From NCBI RefSeq assembly GCF_902713615.1, contig NW_024055479.1, forward strand, positions 124,001 to 188,000: DNA of 64,000 nt. The letters run 5' to 3'. The position numbers and the translations under genes are program-made. Every line of letters starts with the position of its first letter. Within the stretch, counting starts at the first letter, position 1. The notes below the pieces were generated by a model. The model saw only the letters and a list, made by a program, of their open reading frames with translations. It had not been told where the DNA came from and did not search any database. Shown here piece by piece: positions 49,390-60,699 of the stretch. The DNA comes from Scyliorhinus canicula (Eukaryota).

Positions 49390-49592
49390 TTTTTAAAAAA
49401 TACATTTAGAGTACCTAATTATTTTTTCCAATTAAGAGTAGCCAATCAACCTATCCTGCACAGCTTTGGGTTGTGGGGGTGAAACCCACGCAGACACGGG
49501 GAGAATGTGCAAATTCCACACGGACAGTGACTCGAACCCGGGTCCTCAGGGCTGTAGGCAGCAATGCTAACCACTGCGCCACCGTGCTGCCC
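49390..49592 (-). mobile_element. Short HE1-related SINE
   Basis: Reverse complement resembles 38842-39068. Confidence 0.75.
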
Positions 49593-49932
49593 TCCTTCCG
49601 AAGGAGTTAATCAATTAACTTGCATTCTGCACCAGAAGGAGGGGAAAGGCCAATTATTACTGAAGAAGGCAAACACTCCCTCGTTACATAATCGGCTTCT
49701 AGCTCACTGTGCGGCCGACGATCCCAACCTTTCCACTTGTGTTGGAGATATGTTCATATTTAAACATTCTGGTAATTTTAAAAAACTTATAACAGATAAT
49801 CATATTCAACCGGTTGAACTCCAATAGTCTATCCTCCAGGGCGCTTTCACAGTTCTGTGATTTATATTTCCAAAGGTAGTCCCGTGATTATTTTGGGATA
49901 TTTCAGCAGATGTCATATTGCATCTCTCAAAT

Positions 49933-50082
49933 AGTAAGAAGTCTTACAACACCAGGTTAAAGTCTGAGGAAGAAGCTGCGCTCCGAAAGCTCGTGTTTGA
50001 ATCAAACCTGTTGGACTTTAACCTGGTGTTGTAAGACTTCTTACTGTGCTCACCCCAGTCCAACGCCGGCATTTCCACATCA
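49933..50082 (+). mobile_element. Penelope-like pseudo-LTR with inverted 5' segment and degenerate hammerhead core
   Basis: 49964-50082 matches 9646-9764; 49933-49964 is the exact reverse complement of 50014-50045. Confidence 0.88.
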
Positions 50083-50099
50083 TCTCTCTTGTAACACGC

Positions 50100-50520
50100 T
50101 TTTGCACAGAGCTGTGAATACTATTCCCTATCATGCACGCCACCAGAACCAGGCATGGCTGTTGGTGAAACTTGTAGCAAAAATCAAAAATACCCACATG
50201 CAAACACACGCACAAACACAACCGCAGATAATATGCCATCACAAGCATGCACGCAAGCAGGGACCCACAGGTAAACATTAACAAATGCACTTGCAAACTC
50301 TAACAAACACAATAATGTAGACATGAAGACAAATATTATCTTGGAAATGAACACATATATGTGGACACAGATGCATGAACACTAACAGGCACATACAGCG
50401 ACACGCATTTCATAGATAAACTAACATTAACAAATTCACAGTGACACACATAGGCGCAGATGTTAACAGACACGCATAAGGACACAAATATATATGGCAA
50501 AAACAGACGTTACCACATAA
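50100..50520. repeat. CA-rich low-complexity tract
   Basis: Interrupted ACAC/ACAA/GCAC runs; a similar tract lies at about 51290-51600. Confidence 0.6.
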
Positions 50521-50524
50521 GTCC

Positions 50525-51275
50525 AAGAACATAGAACGTAGAACATTACAGCGCAGTACAGGCCCTTCGGCCCACGATGTTGCACCGTCCTGTGAAACCC
50601 TTCTAAAGTCCCTCTACACTATTCCCTTATCGTCCATATGCCTATCCAATGACCATTTGAATGCGTTTAGTGTTGGCGAGTCTACTACTGTTGCAGGCAG
50701 GGCATTCCACGCCCTTACAACTCTCCGAGTAAAGAACCGACCTCTGACATCTGTCCTATATCTGTCTCAATAATAATAATCACTTATTGTCGCAGGTAGG
50801 CTTCAATAAAGTTCCTGTGAGAAGCCCCTCATCGCCACTATCCGGCGCCAGTTCGGGGAGGCTGGCACGGGAATTGAACCCTGCTTTTTCTGCATTCCAA
50901 GTCAGCTATTTAGCTCACTGTGCTAAATCAGTTAATAATAAGAGGCGGCACAAATTGCCACAGTGGTTAGCATTGCTGCCTCACAGCGCCAGGGCTATGG
51001 CCTTGCATGACTGTCTGAGTGGAGTTTGCACATTCTCCCCTTGTGTGTGTGAGTTTCCTCCGGGTTCTCCGGTTTCCTCCCACAGCCCATAGATGCGCTG
51101 ATTGGGTGGGTTGACCATGCTTACTTTGCCCATTAGTGTCCAAAGATGTGCAGATTAGGCGGGGTTACAGGAATAGGGCAGGTTAATCGGGTTAGGTCGG
51201 GTGGTCTTTCGGATGGTCGGTGCAGAATCGATGGACCGAATGGCCTCCTTCTGCCCTTTAGGGGTTCTATGAATA
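50525..51275. mobile_element. Cluster: CR1 3' tail (-, 50525-50765), SINE B (-, 50771-50930), HE1-like SINE (+, 50945-51275)
   Basis: The CR1 tail is near-identical to 36230-36450; the SINE bodies match other copies. Confidence 0.75.
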
Positions 51276-51621
51276 AACAATTTAACAGGATCATACAGTC
51301 AAAAATATTAACATACACACAAATGGAAGGTCGAATGCATGCAAAAAGTCGTATATTGCACATCCAGACACTTAAACAGAGATAAATGCAAAGATCAATT
51401 TATAAACATACATATCAGCACAGCAACACATTAACGAGAAACACATATTCAGATCATGCATGTTGATTGATATATTACCACAATGCACACACACAGATGC
51501 AGACGCAGATGCATTAATATATCCCTCAATCCTCATTAGAATGTTTCCGACACTAATTAGAACTCATACAAACACAAGTGCAGAATAATTCAAATGAAAC
51601 GATACTGATGCATATTAGAGC

Positions 51622-51690
51622 GACAGAGAGATAGAATGGGAGAGAGGGAGAGATAGAGAGTGAGGGAGAGAGAGAGAGAGAGAGAAAGAC
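51622..51690. repeat. (GA)n microsatellite
   Basis: GAGAGAGATAGAATGGGAGAGAGGGAG...GAGAGAGAGAGAGAGAAAG. Confidence 0.9.
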
Positions 51691-52229
51691 GAAGGGCAAA
51701 ATCAGAATTCTGACGGACATTTTTTACAGCAACATTCGACTGTTTCGACAGCAATTGTCGTTAAATGACATGCACAAAAGCCAGATAACAGATAACAACT
51801 GATTTTATTTAATGATATACCAACCATTTCCATCACACACAAAAACATGCGTGAAACTCTGTTCGAATAGCTCTATTCACTGTCTTGTCTGAAGTAGTTA
51901 TCTGAAACTATCATTACGGTGACCACTATCAATGTGTAAACCTTCTTTTGTGTCTCACCATAATATTCCCTGATGATAGACCATTTAAAAATTGATTCGC
52001 AATTAAGTTGCATCTGACGGTGAAGAAAAAATACAACATTTTTAAACACAGATGTATCATTGTTTGCTGTTACTGCTTGCTTTGTGAGCTAGAACCTGTA
52101 GATGTTGCAACATGCAAGGCACAGGATGTTCCCATGCGTGCTGCATTTGATCCAACCAGCAACAAGAGCGTGACTCATTGCAGCGTTTTGATAGGTCACC
52201 CAGATCAGGTCAAGGGTCAGTGAAGATCC

Positions 52230-52570
52230 GTGCAAGGGAGGCAGTGGCGTTGTGGTATTGTCACTGGACTAGCAATCCAGAGACCCAGGGTAATGCACTG
52301 GGGACATGAGTTGGAATGCCACCAGGGCAGATGGTGGAATATGAATTGAATAATAATCTGAAAGTAAAATCCTAATAACGACCATGAAGCAATGGTCGAT
52401 TGTTGCAAATGCCCCATCTGGTTCGCTATTGTCCTTTAGGGAAGGAAATCTCTCATCCTTACGCAGTCTACATATGACTCCAGATATACTGCAATGTAGT
52501 TGACTCTTAAATTCCCCCGGAGATCGGTAACAATGCTGACCCAGCCAACGCCACCTATATCCCACGAACG
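52230..52570 (+). mobile_element. SINE family C (SacSINE/DeuSINE-like)
   Basis: GGCAGTGGCGTTGTGGTATTGTCACTGGACTAGCAATCCAGAG head; CCCATCTGGTTCGCTATTGTCCTTTAGGGAAGGAAATC body; tail resembling the L2/CR1-group LINE tail. Family name from memory. Confidence 0.6.
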
Positions 52571-53289
52571 AATCCAGAAAATCTGCAACAGGATAATAGG
52601 TTCCATGCACATAAACTGCTGTTGTCAATCACGAGAAGCTGAGTTGACAGGCTCAAAAACAGGAAGGCAGAACCACAGGCAAGTGAACTTAATATATGTT
52701 AGAGCATGGGCATAATCTGCACATTTTTGGATTGTAAGTAGGAATATAAATTGTGAGTAGGATATACAGAGGAGACTGGTGACTAAGATATTTTCAGTGA
52801 CTGTCGTCACAACCAGATAATATAATGAGAATTGGGAAATTGTCAAATATTTGAGGAACAAATTAAAAATAAGCATATTAGCGAATGTGTGGGAGATTGC
52901 AGAGCACTGCGATTTAGAGAGGACTGTATTTCCTCAAGTGTGAAATGAAAACGGTTAGTATGCAGGGCCAGCGAGTAATCGGGAAAAAATGAATCTAGTT
53001 TTATCATGTGGGTAATTGAATACAAAAGTAGCGATGCACTGCATCAGTTACACAGAGAGTATGCTAGATCACACCTGGAGTCATTGCGCACAATCCTTTG
53101 TATAAAGTCGGGATATATCCTTTCCTAGAATCAGTTCATGGTCACAATCTGACTTTTAACTCCATTTTTTTATTCTACTCAAATTTCACTACCTGTCATG
53201 ATGAGATTTGAACCCAGGACCACAGCTCATTCTCCTGCTTTGCTGAATTACTAGCGCAGCGGCAGTATGATTACGCCACTCCCCACTCC

Positions 53290-53750
53290 TTGCTGAAGGA
53301 AGGATGTAATTTCGCTAGAAGCAATGTTTGCCAGAGACTACCATGAATACCACCGGTTGTTTTATGATCAAAGTTTATATACGCTAATGTTATATGCACT
53401 GGAGATTAAAAGCATAAGAAACAAGTTGATTGAAACATATATAATGCTGAGGTGTCTTGACATAGTCTCTGTGGAAAGGATGTTTGCTCTGCTGGGACAA
53501 TCGGGAACGAGAGGTCACTGTTCAGATATAAGAGGTCGCCAATTTCAGGTAGAGTTGAGGGGAATTGTTTTGTCTCTCAGAAAGTCGTGAATCTTTGGTC
53601 CTCACTGCCTCAAAAGCCGATAGAAACTTAGTCTTTGAATGTATTTGATAGAAAGATAGATAGATTCTTCAGAAGCAAGGAGTGATAGGTTTATTGGGTT
53701 CGGCAGGAATATGGGGGTGAGGATACAGTCAGATCGACCGTGATCTCATT
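53290..53750 (+). mobile_element. Decayed CR1 3' fragment
   Basis: LIETYIMLRCLDIVSVERMFALLGQSGTRGH...IRGRQF. Confidence 0.7.
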
Positions 53751-54709
53751 GCGTAGTCGAGCAGGCGGTCGGGGTTGACGGACCTCCGCCAGTTCTCAGG
53801 ATGCATAGTTCGGGAGAAGACCTGGAGAGCAGGAAAGGCAGCAGATGTGTGGTGGCTTCCTGATGCGCTTCGAGAAGCCAACGGTGACCCTTTGGAAACA
53901 TGGCGATCTTCTATATCTGGCTGAGAGTTGGTGCTGGAGTTTAGCCTCAGGAATCCATGGGAACGTTGTCGCAAGAAGCGCGATTGAAAACCTGGCAGGT
54001 GAGAAGTCATGGAAGCAGTCCGGGGGATTTACACAGTAACTTCATTGCAGTGTTAATGCGAGCCTACTTGTGCCAATAATAAAGATTAGTATTATTAGAA
54101 GGAGCTATTTTTAAAGGCAATTCAGAGGTTCGATATTTGGAAAGGAATGCTCGAGTTCCCTCTTGAGGGGAGATAGTTTGAACCAGTATCGTGTAACACA
54201 TAATTGATAAGGACGCCTGGCTGTGTTGTGTCGGGGTCTGTGGAATCTATGTTCGTCACATCGACCATGCATTGTGCAAGTTTGTGTGTTCGACTGCAGA
54301 TTACCTGTTAATTCAAATGTGCCACGTGTTGATTCTGAATGTTTTTGATTAAGATAGGTATTGCAAATAACCACACTTCTTTGGCTTTGTAGAGTGATGT
54401 TTAATTTGTTTGTGCAAAGACTGTATGGCTTGGAGTGTACATTGGATATTAAACTTTGCAAACGTAAAACCGAATCATACCAAAAACCTGGTGGTCTGAT
54501 CTAGGATCATAACAGAACATATTTATGGAATACAGCGGTGGTATTAAGTATTAGATATGTATTGATAAGAGAGATTAACTTAGCATGTTGACCCCGGTTG
54601 AAAGTTTAATTATAGAACAAATTGCACTTTAAGGAAAGTAAAAGAGGAAGTAGAACATAATTAGGATTTTAACCGACTGAAATACGTTTCAACTTTCCCA
54701 TCTCCGTAG

Positions 54710-54837
54710 ACATTAGAGGCCACATCTGGATTGAAGACGATGGGGATGATAATGGTAATATCGGGACAACCGCTTCCGCATTTATCACTCTGTTTGTCTT
54801 CAGCATATTCTATAGCACTGCAGTGACTCTGGTGAAG
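54710..54837 (+). CDS. IGHM: IgM transmembrane exon TM1
   Basis: Acceptor CTTTCCCATCTCCGTAG, phase 1 start; DIRGHIWIEDDGDDNGNIGTTASAFITLFVFSIFYSTAVTLVK (acidic spacer plus CART-like TM helix with FYS); phase 0 donor GTGAGA. Confidence 0.95.
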
Positions 54838-54961
54838 GTGAGAAGATTCAATCCATTCACTCTACCATCTCTCCACATTTCTACAAGTTTAATTTAAAAA
54901 GAAATTAGATAACTGCAACGGATCACTAAATATTTGTTTCATTCTTTTATCTCTCGTACAG

Positions 54962-54970
54962 ATCGAGTGA
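54962..54970 (+). CDS. IGHM: IgM TM2 exon (ATC GAG TGA = I-E-stop)
   Basis: First AG after the pyrimidine tract ATTCTTTTATCTCTCGTACAG, 124 nt after the TM1 donor; two codons plus stop, the usual TM2 architecture. Confidence 0.85.
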   Translation: ME

Positions 54971-55032
54971 TCAGTTGAAGTTCAGGCGCCGTTCGTTTTC
55001 CTCAGTGTTTATAGGCACCTCTGGATTACAAT

Positions 55033-55038
55033 AATAAA
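55033..55038 (+). terminator. Poly(A) signal of the membrane IgM transcript
   Basis: AATAAA about 60 nt after the TM2 stop. Confidence 0.75.
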
Positions 55039-55244
55039 CATCTTCTCTTGATCACTCTTAAAGAAAGACGTCTTTATTTTATGATGCCAGTTTCTTTTGT
55101 GACGAGAGAAACATCTTGCTGAGGTTCTCCATTTTGCACATCCAGAATCTTCGGAATCATACCTGTGTTTTCAGCAATATTCAAGTGCAGAGTGATCAAG
55201 CGACTGTTTCGATTCGTAACCTGTAGTTGAAAAGAATCATGATT

Positions 55245-55450
55245 GGACATCTTGCGTGTTTTTGTTTCGTTGTTCATTTTTGCGGGATGTGGGTTTCGCT
55301 GGCTGGGCCACCATTTGTTGCCTAACCATAATTGCTCTTGAGAAGGTGGTGGTGAGCTGTCTTCTTGATCCGTTGCAGTCCATGTGGTGCAGGTACATCC
55401 ACTTTGCCATTGGGGAGGGCGTCATCATTATACGGTTAAGGTAACTTCGA
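55245..55450 (-). mobile_element. L2/CR1-group LINE 3' tail
   Basis: GGGATGTGGGTTTCGCTGGCTGGGCC...CTTGAGAAGGTGGTGGTGAGCTG, reverse of the tail at about 11560-11660. Confidence 0.7.
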
Positions 55451-56354
55451 TTTTCACTTTAGTTTTTGTTAATGTGCTCATAAATAGCTTTTCTGGCTCC
55501 TGTGCTCAGATGTTTCTTCCTTTTATGTCGCAGTTATATTTGCTCACTGGTATGTTACAGGTGTAGATAGTGCTGGTAGCTCAGACCCCAAGTGTTCTTT
55601 TCTCAATTACTCTCTAAGCTGTTGTATCCTCTTAGTGTAAGTTTGAAACATACGTTCTCCCGAACATACTCTGTGTGAATTTGTCAATAAATTGTTAAAT
55701 TAATTAACTTGAAATTGTTTGCATTTCTTTTTCTAAGGTTCCTCCCCAGCTTTCGATTTTCCCTATTAAAGCCTCCCCCCCCCCCCCCAACCCACTCCGC
55801 ACTGCCCCCTCCCCCCGCACACACACACGGAGGGATCATGGCAGCCCATCACTTTCGCATGATGTTATCAGAAAACGCAGAGGCAGAATGACCACACAGC
55901 CAGAAGAACCTCTCTGAACTCTCTCATATGATGATTCGTCAAAATCACATGCCAGTTTCTTGTAAAGGGCACCACACTGATCAATCCCAGCCCGAACAGA
56001 ACGGAAATTGGAAAATTAAAACTGCCTGTACAGTGTCTCAGTCAAACGCTACGGTGCAGGCACAGCATGGGGTTAGATTCAGAGTAACGCGGCTGTAGAC
56101 TGTGCCAGCATACATTCCCAAGGCATTTTCAACTTACCCGCAGTTCCAATTTAACCATTTGGGTTGTGGATACCCTCGGATCTAATATATTCCATGATAG
56201 ACACACAGTGAAGTTCCTTCTTCAACGACCAATCAGTGGCTTTCCCGACGGGTACATTCGGGGTTAGATGGAGAGAGAAACTCCCTTTATGCTGCACCTC
56301 TCAAACACGGCTTGGACAGGTTTAGTGCTGGATTAGATAGACAGTAAACCCCCT

Positions 56355-56640
56355 CTATATAGAACCATAGAAAAGGTACCGTGCAGAAAGAGGCCATTCA
56401 GACCATAGTGTCTGCGCCGGCCACGACAAGAGAAAATCCACTAGTCGCTCATTTCTCTCTCACTTTCCAGCAACTGGTCCGTAACCTTTCAGGTTACAGC
56501 ACTTCAAATGCACCCCCAGGTATCGTTTAAATTAGTTGAGCTTTTCAGCCTCAACGACCTTCCGAGACAATGAATTCCAGACACCCACCACCCTCTGAGT
56601 GAAAAAAAATTCATCACGCCCCCGCTAATTGTTCTACTAA
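56355..56640 (-). mobile_element. CR1 3' tail fragment
   Basis: ATAGAACCATAGAAAAGG...GAATTCCAGACACCCACCACCCTCTGAGTGAAAAAA. Confidence 0.65.
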
Positions 56641-57491
56641 TCATCTTACTACAATGCCTCCGAGTACTTCACGACAAACCTTACAACATGCCAAACATCA
56701 GCTGGCCAATACTGTTACTTGTTTCGTGCTCAGACGAATTAATTTCCATATTGCTACTATCCATTATATTATATGAGCTCCATACTTAATATCACAATCC
56801 CAGGCCAGACCCCAATAGTGGATAGGATACTTGACCGAACCCCCAATGTTTTATTTTAATTTTGTAAAACTATGATGAAACGATACCTTGCTCCAGGAGT
56901 GATTGCACGAAGAAATCGAGATATGGTCTATTAAAACAAACAAACTTTATTACTAACACGATATTAAAATCGTTAGCATAATACCCGACAATAGCTGTCA
57001 GATATTCTAGCTGCATGTCTTCAAAGGCTGCTTCAACGGGCTTGTTTCAGCTCACCCGTGTCCTCAGGCACATCGGTATTTCTTTACATACGGTTAATCT
57101 CTTTTCACTAACTTATAGTGGGGGTTTCACTGTGCGCATAGCTTCGGCCAGATCAGAACAGAATCCAAACTCCTTCCTCAAACTATCTGATGCCTTAGTT
57201 CCACCCAGCAATGACAGCATCTCCCCAAGCTGAAAACGAATTGACTCCATTAATCAAAACAAAATTGCATTGCCCAAGCTTTTTACGATGGTTAATCAAT
57301 CTCTAGCTCCCAAAAGCGTGTTGTCTTGAAACATTAGAATCTTTGAAAACAATGTTTCAGCAGTCAACACACTCTAACCCAGGCGTTTAACCCTTACTTC
57401 TCCAACACATAATACAAAATATCTAAAATTCCTACACTCATCACAACTCCCTCGGCTGTGGTGCAGCACATTTTCTAAAGACTTCTCTTAA

Positions 57492-57850
57492 GGGGCAGCA
57501 GGGTAGCATGGTGGTTAGCATAAATGCTTCACAGCTCCAGGGTCCCAGGTTCGATTCCCGGCTGGGTCACTGTCTGTGTGGAGTCTGCACGTCCTCCCCC
57601 TGTGTGCGTGGGTTTCCTCCGGGTGCTCCGGTTTCCTCCCACAGTCCAAAGATGTGCGGGTTAGGTGGATTGGTCATGCTAAATTGCCCGTAGTGTCCTA
57701 ATAAAAGTAAGGTTAAGGGGGGGGGGGGGGGGTTTGTTGGGTTACGGGTACAGGGTGGATACGTGGGTTTGAGTAGGGTGATCATGGCTCGGCACAACAT
57801 TGAGGGCCGAAGGGCCTGTTCTGTGCTGTACTGTTCTATGTTCTATGTTC
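57492..57850 (+). mobile_element. HE1-like SINE, full length, young
   Basis: GGGCAGCAGGGTAGCATGGTGGTTAGC head (A box), GGTTCGATTCCC (B box), (TTCTATG)n tail. Confidence 0.92.
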
Positions 57851-58114
57851 TCGAAGCCCATCAACAGAAATGGCCGCATTAACCATCTGTGTGACTCATC
57901 ATAAAAGTCAACTAAACTTAATTAAACTTCATTTGCCATTACCAAGTCATTGTTGTATTAATTGATCAAGAAGTCGGTTCCAGCTGGTTCCACTGATGTG
58001 CCACCTTATCAACATTCCTGGAGTTTCCAAAAGTTAGATTGTGCATAATTGCGGATCAATGTGGCTGATTTGTGAACATTAAGGTGTGCGACGGGGCCAA
58101 GTATCTCAGTTGAA

Positions 58115-60665
58115 CAAATAACAAATAATAAAGGAAAGTACAGCTCAGGAACAGGTCCTTCAGCCCTGCAAGGCTGTGCCGTCCATGCTGCCTGCCAAAT
58201 CTGAAACGTTTTACAATTCCGAGTTCTGGATCCCTCTATTCCCATCCTATTTATGTACATGACAAGACGTCCCTTAAATGTCTCTATGGGACCTGCTTCC
58301 ACCATCCCCTCCGGCAGCCAGTTCCAGGCAACTACTACCGTCTGTGTAAAAAAACGTCCTTCGCAGATCTCCTCTAAACTTTGCCCCTCACATCTTAAAC
58401 CAATGTCCCTTCGTAATTGACTCTTCCACCCTGGGAGAAAGGTTCTGACTATCCAATCTGTCCATGCCCCTCATAATTTTGTAGACTTCTATCAGGTCGC
58501 CCCTCAACCTCTGTCATTCCAGTGAGAAGAAACAGAGTTTATCCAACATCTCTTCATAGCTAATGCCCTCCATACCAGGCAACATTCTGGTAAACCTCTT
58601 CAGTACCCTTTCCAAAGCCTCCACATCCTTCTGGTAGTGTGGCGACCAGAATTGAACATTATATTCCAAGTGGTCTAATTAATGTTCTATATAGCTACAG
58701 CATCACTTGCCAATTTTTATACTCAATGCCCCGGCCGATGAAGGCAAGCATGCCAGATAGCTTCTTGACTACCTTCTCCACCTGCGCTGTCACTTTCAAT
58801 GACCTGTGGACCTGTACACCCAGACCCCTCTGCCTGACAATACTCTTAAGGGTTCGGCTATTTACTGCATATTTTCCACCTGTATGAGACCTCCCAAAAT
58901 GCGTTACCTCACATTTATACCGATTAAACGTCATCTACCATCACTCCGCCCACGTTTCCAACCAATATCCTGCTACATCCTCTGACAGTCCTCATCACTT
59001 TCTGCAACTTCAAGAGCCCTTATGTCATCCGCACAGTTACTTATCCGACCAGTTGCATTTTCCTCCAAATAATTAAAATATATTACAAAGAGCAAAGGTC
59101 CAAACACTCATCCCTGCAGAACACCACTAGTCACAGCCCTCCATTCAGAAACGCACCCTTTCCACTGCTACCCTCTGTATGCATCTTGCCAGCTCACTTC
59201 TAATCCCGTCTGACTTCACTTTCTGAACCAATCTGCTGTGATGGATCTTGTCAAGTACCAAACTGAAGTGGATTTAGACATCATCCACTGCCCTGCCGTC
59301 ATCAATCATCTTTGTTACTTCCTTCAAAAACTTAATCAAGTTAGTTTTCTCTCTTTCACAAAACCACACTGTCTCTCGCTAATACATCCATTTGCTTCCA
59401 ATAGGGAGTAAATCCTATTTCAAAGAATCCTTTCCAATAATTTCCCTACCACTGACATGAGGTTCAGCAGCCTGCAATTTCCTGAATTATCATTGCTACG
59501 CTTCTCAATCAAAGGAAAAACATTGGCTATTCTCCAGTCCTCTGGGACCTCATCTGTAGCCAGCAGGAATGCAAGGATTTCTGACAAGGCCCCAGAAATT
59601 TCCTTCCTTGCCTCTCTCAGTACTCTGGGTAGATCCAATCAGGCCCTGGGGACTTATCTCACTTAATGTTTTTCAAGACGCTCAACACCTTCATCTTTTC
59701 GATCTCAATGTGACCCAGAGTATTTGCACATCCTCCCCCAGGCTCATCAACACCAAGTCTTTCTCTTTCGCGAATACTGATGCAAACTATCATTCAGTAC
59801 CTCGCCAATTTCCTCTGGTTCCACGCATAGATTCCATCCCCTGTCCTTGAGTTGACAAGCCCTTTCCCTGGCTGTCCTCTTGCTCGTTATTTACGTGTAA
59901 AAATCCTTGGGATTTTCCTTAAACCTATTTGCCAATGACTTTACGTGGTCGCTTTTAGCCCTCCTGACTCCATGCTTTAGTTCTTTCCTACTTTAGTTGT
60001 ATTCTCACGGGCTTCCTCTGTTCTCCGCCTTCTAACCCTTACAAATGCTTATTTTTTCCTTTGGACGAGGCTCACAATATCCCGCATTATCCAGGGTTCC
60101 CAAAACGTGCCATACATATCCTTCTTCCTCACAGGAACGTCCCTGTCCTGAATTTCGAGCTGCTGACATTTGAAAGCCTCCCACATGCCAGATGCTTATT
60201 TAATCTCAAATGTCCGCGCCCGACCTCGGATCTTCAGTTCCTGCGAATTTGTATATAAATGGCCTTCCCCCAATTTAGCACCATCAGCCGAGAACTACTT
60301 GATCTTTGTCCAGCAGTACCTTAAAACGTACTGAATTATGATGTCTGTTGCCAAAATGCTCCCCTACTGAAACCCGACCACCTGGCCGGGTTCATTTAAC
60401 AACACTAGATCCAGTATGGCCCCTTCTGTAGTTGGACCAGCAACATTTTGTTTCAAGAAACCTTCCTGGATGCAACTTACAAACTCTGCATCATCCATGC
60501 CCCGAACACAAAGGGAGTCCCAGTCATATAGGGGATGTTAAAATCACCCACCACACCAATCCTGTTGCTTTTACACCTTTCCAAATTCTGCCTACATATC
60601 TGCTCTTCTATCCCCCTGGCTGTTGGAAGGCTTATAGTAAACCCTCAGCATTGTGACTGAACTCT
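58115..60665 (-). mobile_element. CR1 LINE, about 2.5 kb of ORF2 and 3' end, decayed
   Basis: Minus ORFs with NCRLLNLMSVVGKLLERIL, CEVTHFGR, QRGLGVQVHRSLKV, GMLAFIGRGIEYK. Confidence 0.85.
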
Positions 60666-60699
60666 TCCTATTCCTCAACTCTACCCATATTGCATTGTT

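Noticed and set aside
36215-53750. Antisense orientation bias of intronic LINEs as a sign of selection
   Set aside because: The long CR1 copies are antisense, but the L2-group (40130-41625) and CR1 (53290-53750) fragments are sense; too few elements to support a claim.
48572-54709. Class-switch (S) region among the CA- and GA-rich tracts
   Set aside because: These are simple microsatellite or low-complexity DNA without AGCT-dense tandem repeats, there is no downstream isotype in the window, and sharks lack conventional S regions.
29108-54970. Processed (retroposed) Ig pseudogene as the origin of the joined VDJ
   Set aside because: The leader intron, J-C intron and all C and TM introns are present, with a promoter-like region upstream.
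29282-54970. IgW, IgNAR or TCR identity
   Set aside because: Four CH domains and the tail [19 protein letters not shown] match shark mu; the V has a normal CDR2 and VH-type FR2, unlike VNAR.
57492-57570. tRNA genes at SINE heads (also 61542, 38842, 32995)
   Set aside because: The A/B boxes continue into SINE bodies and LINE-derived tails in many copies; no complete cloverleaf is evident.
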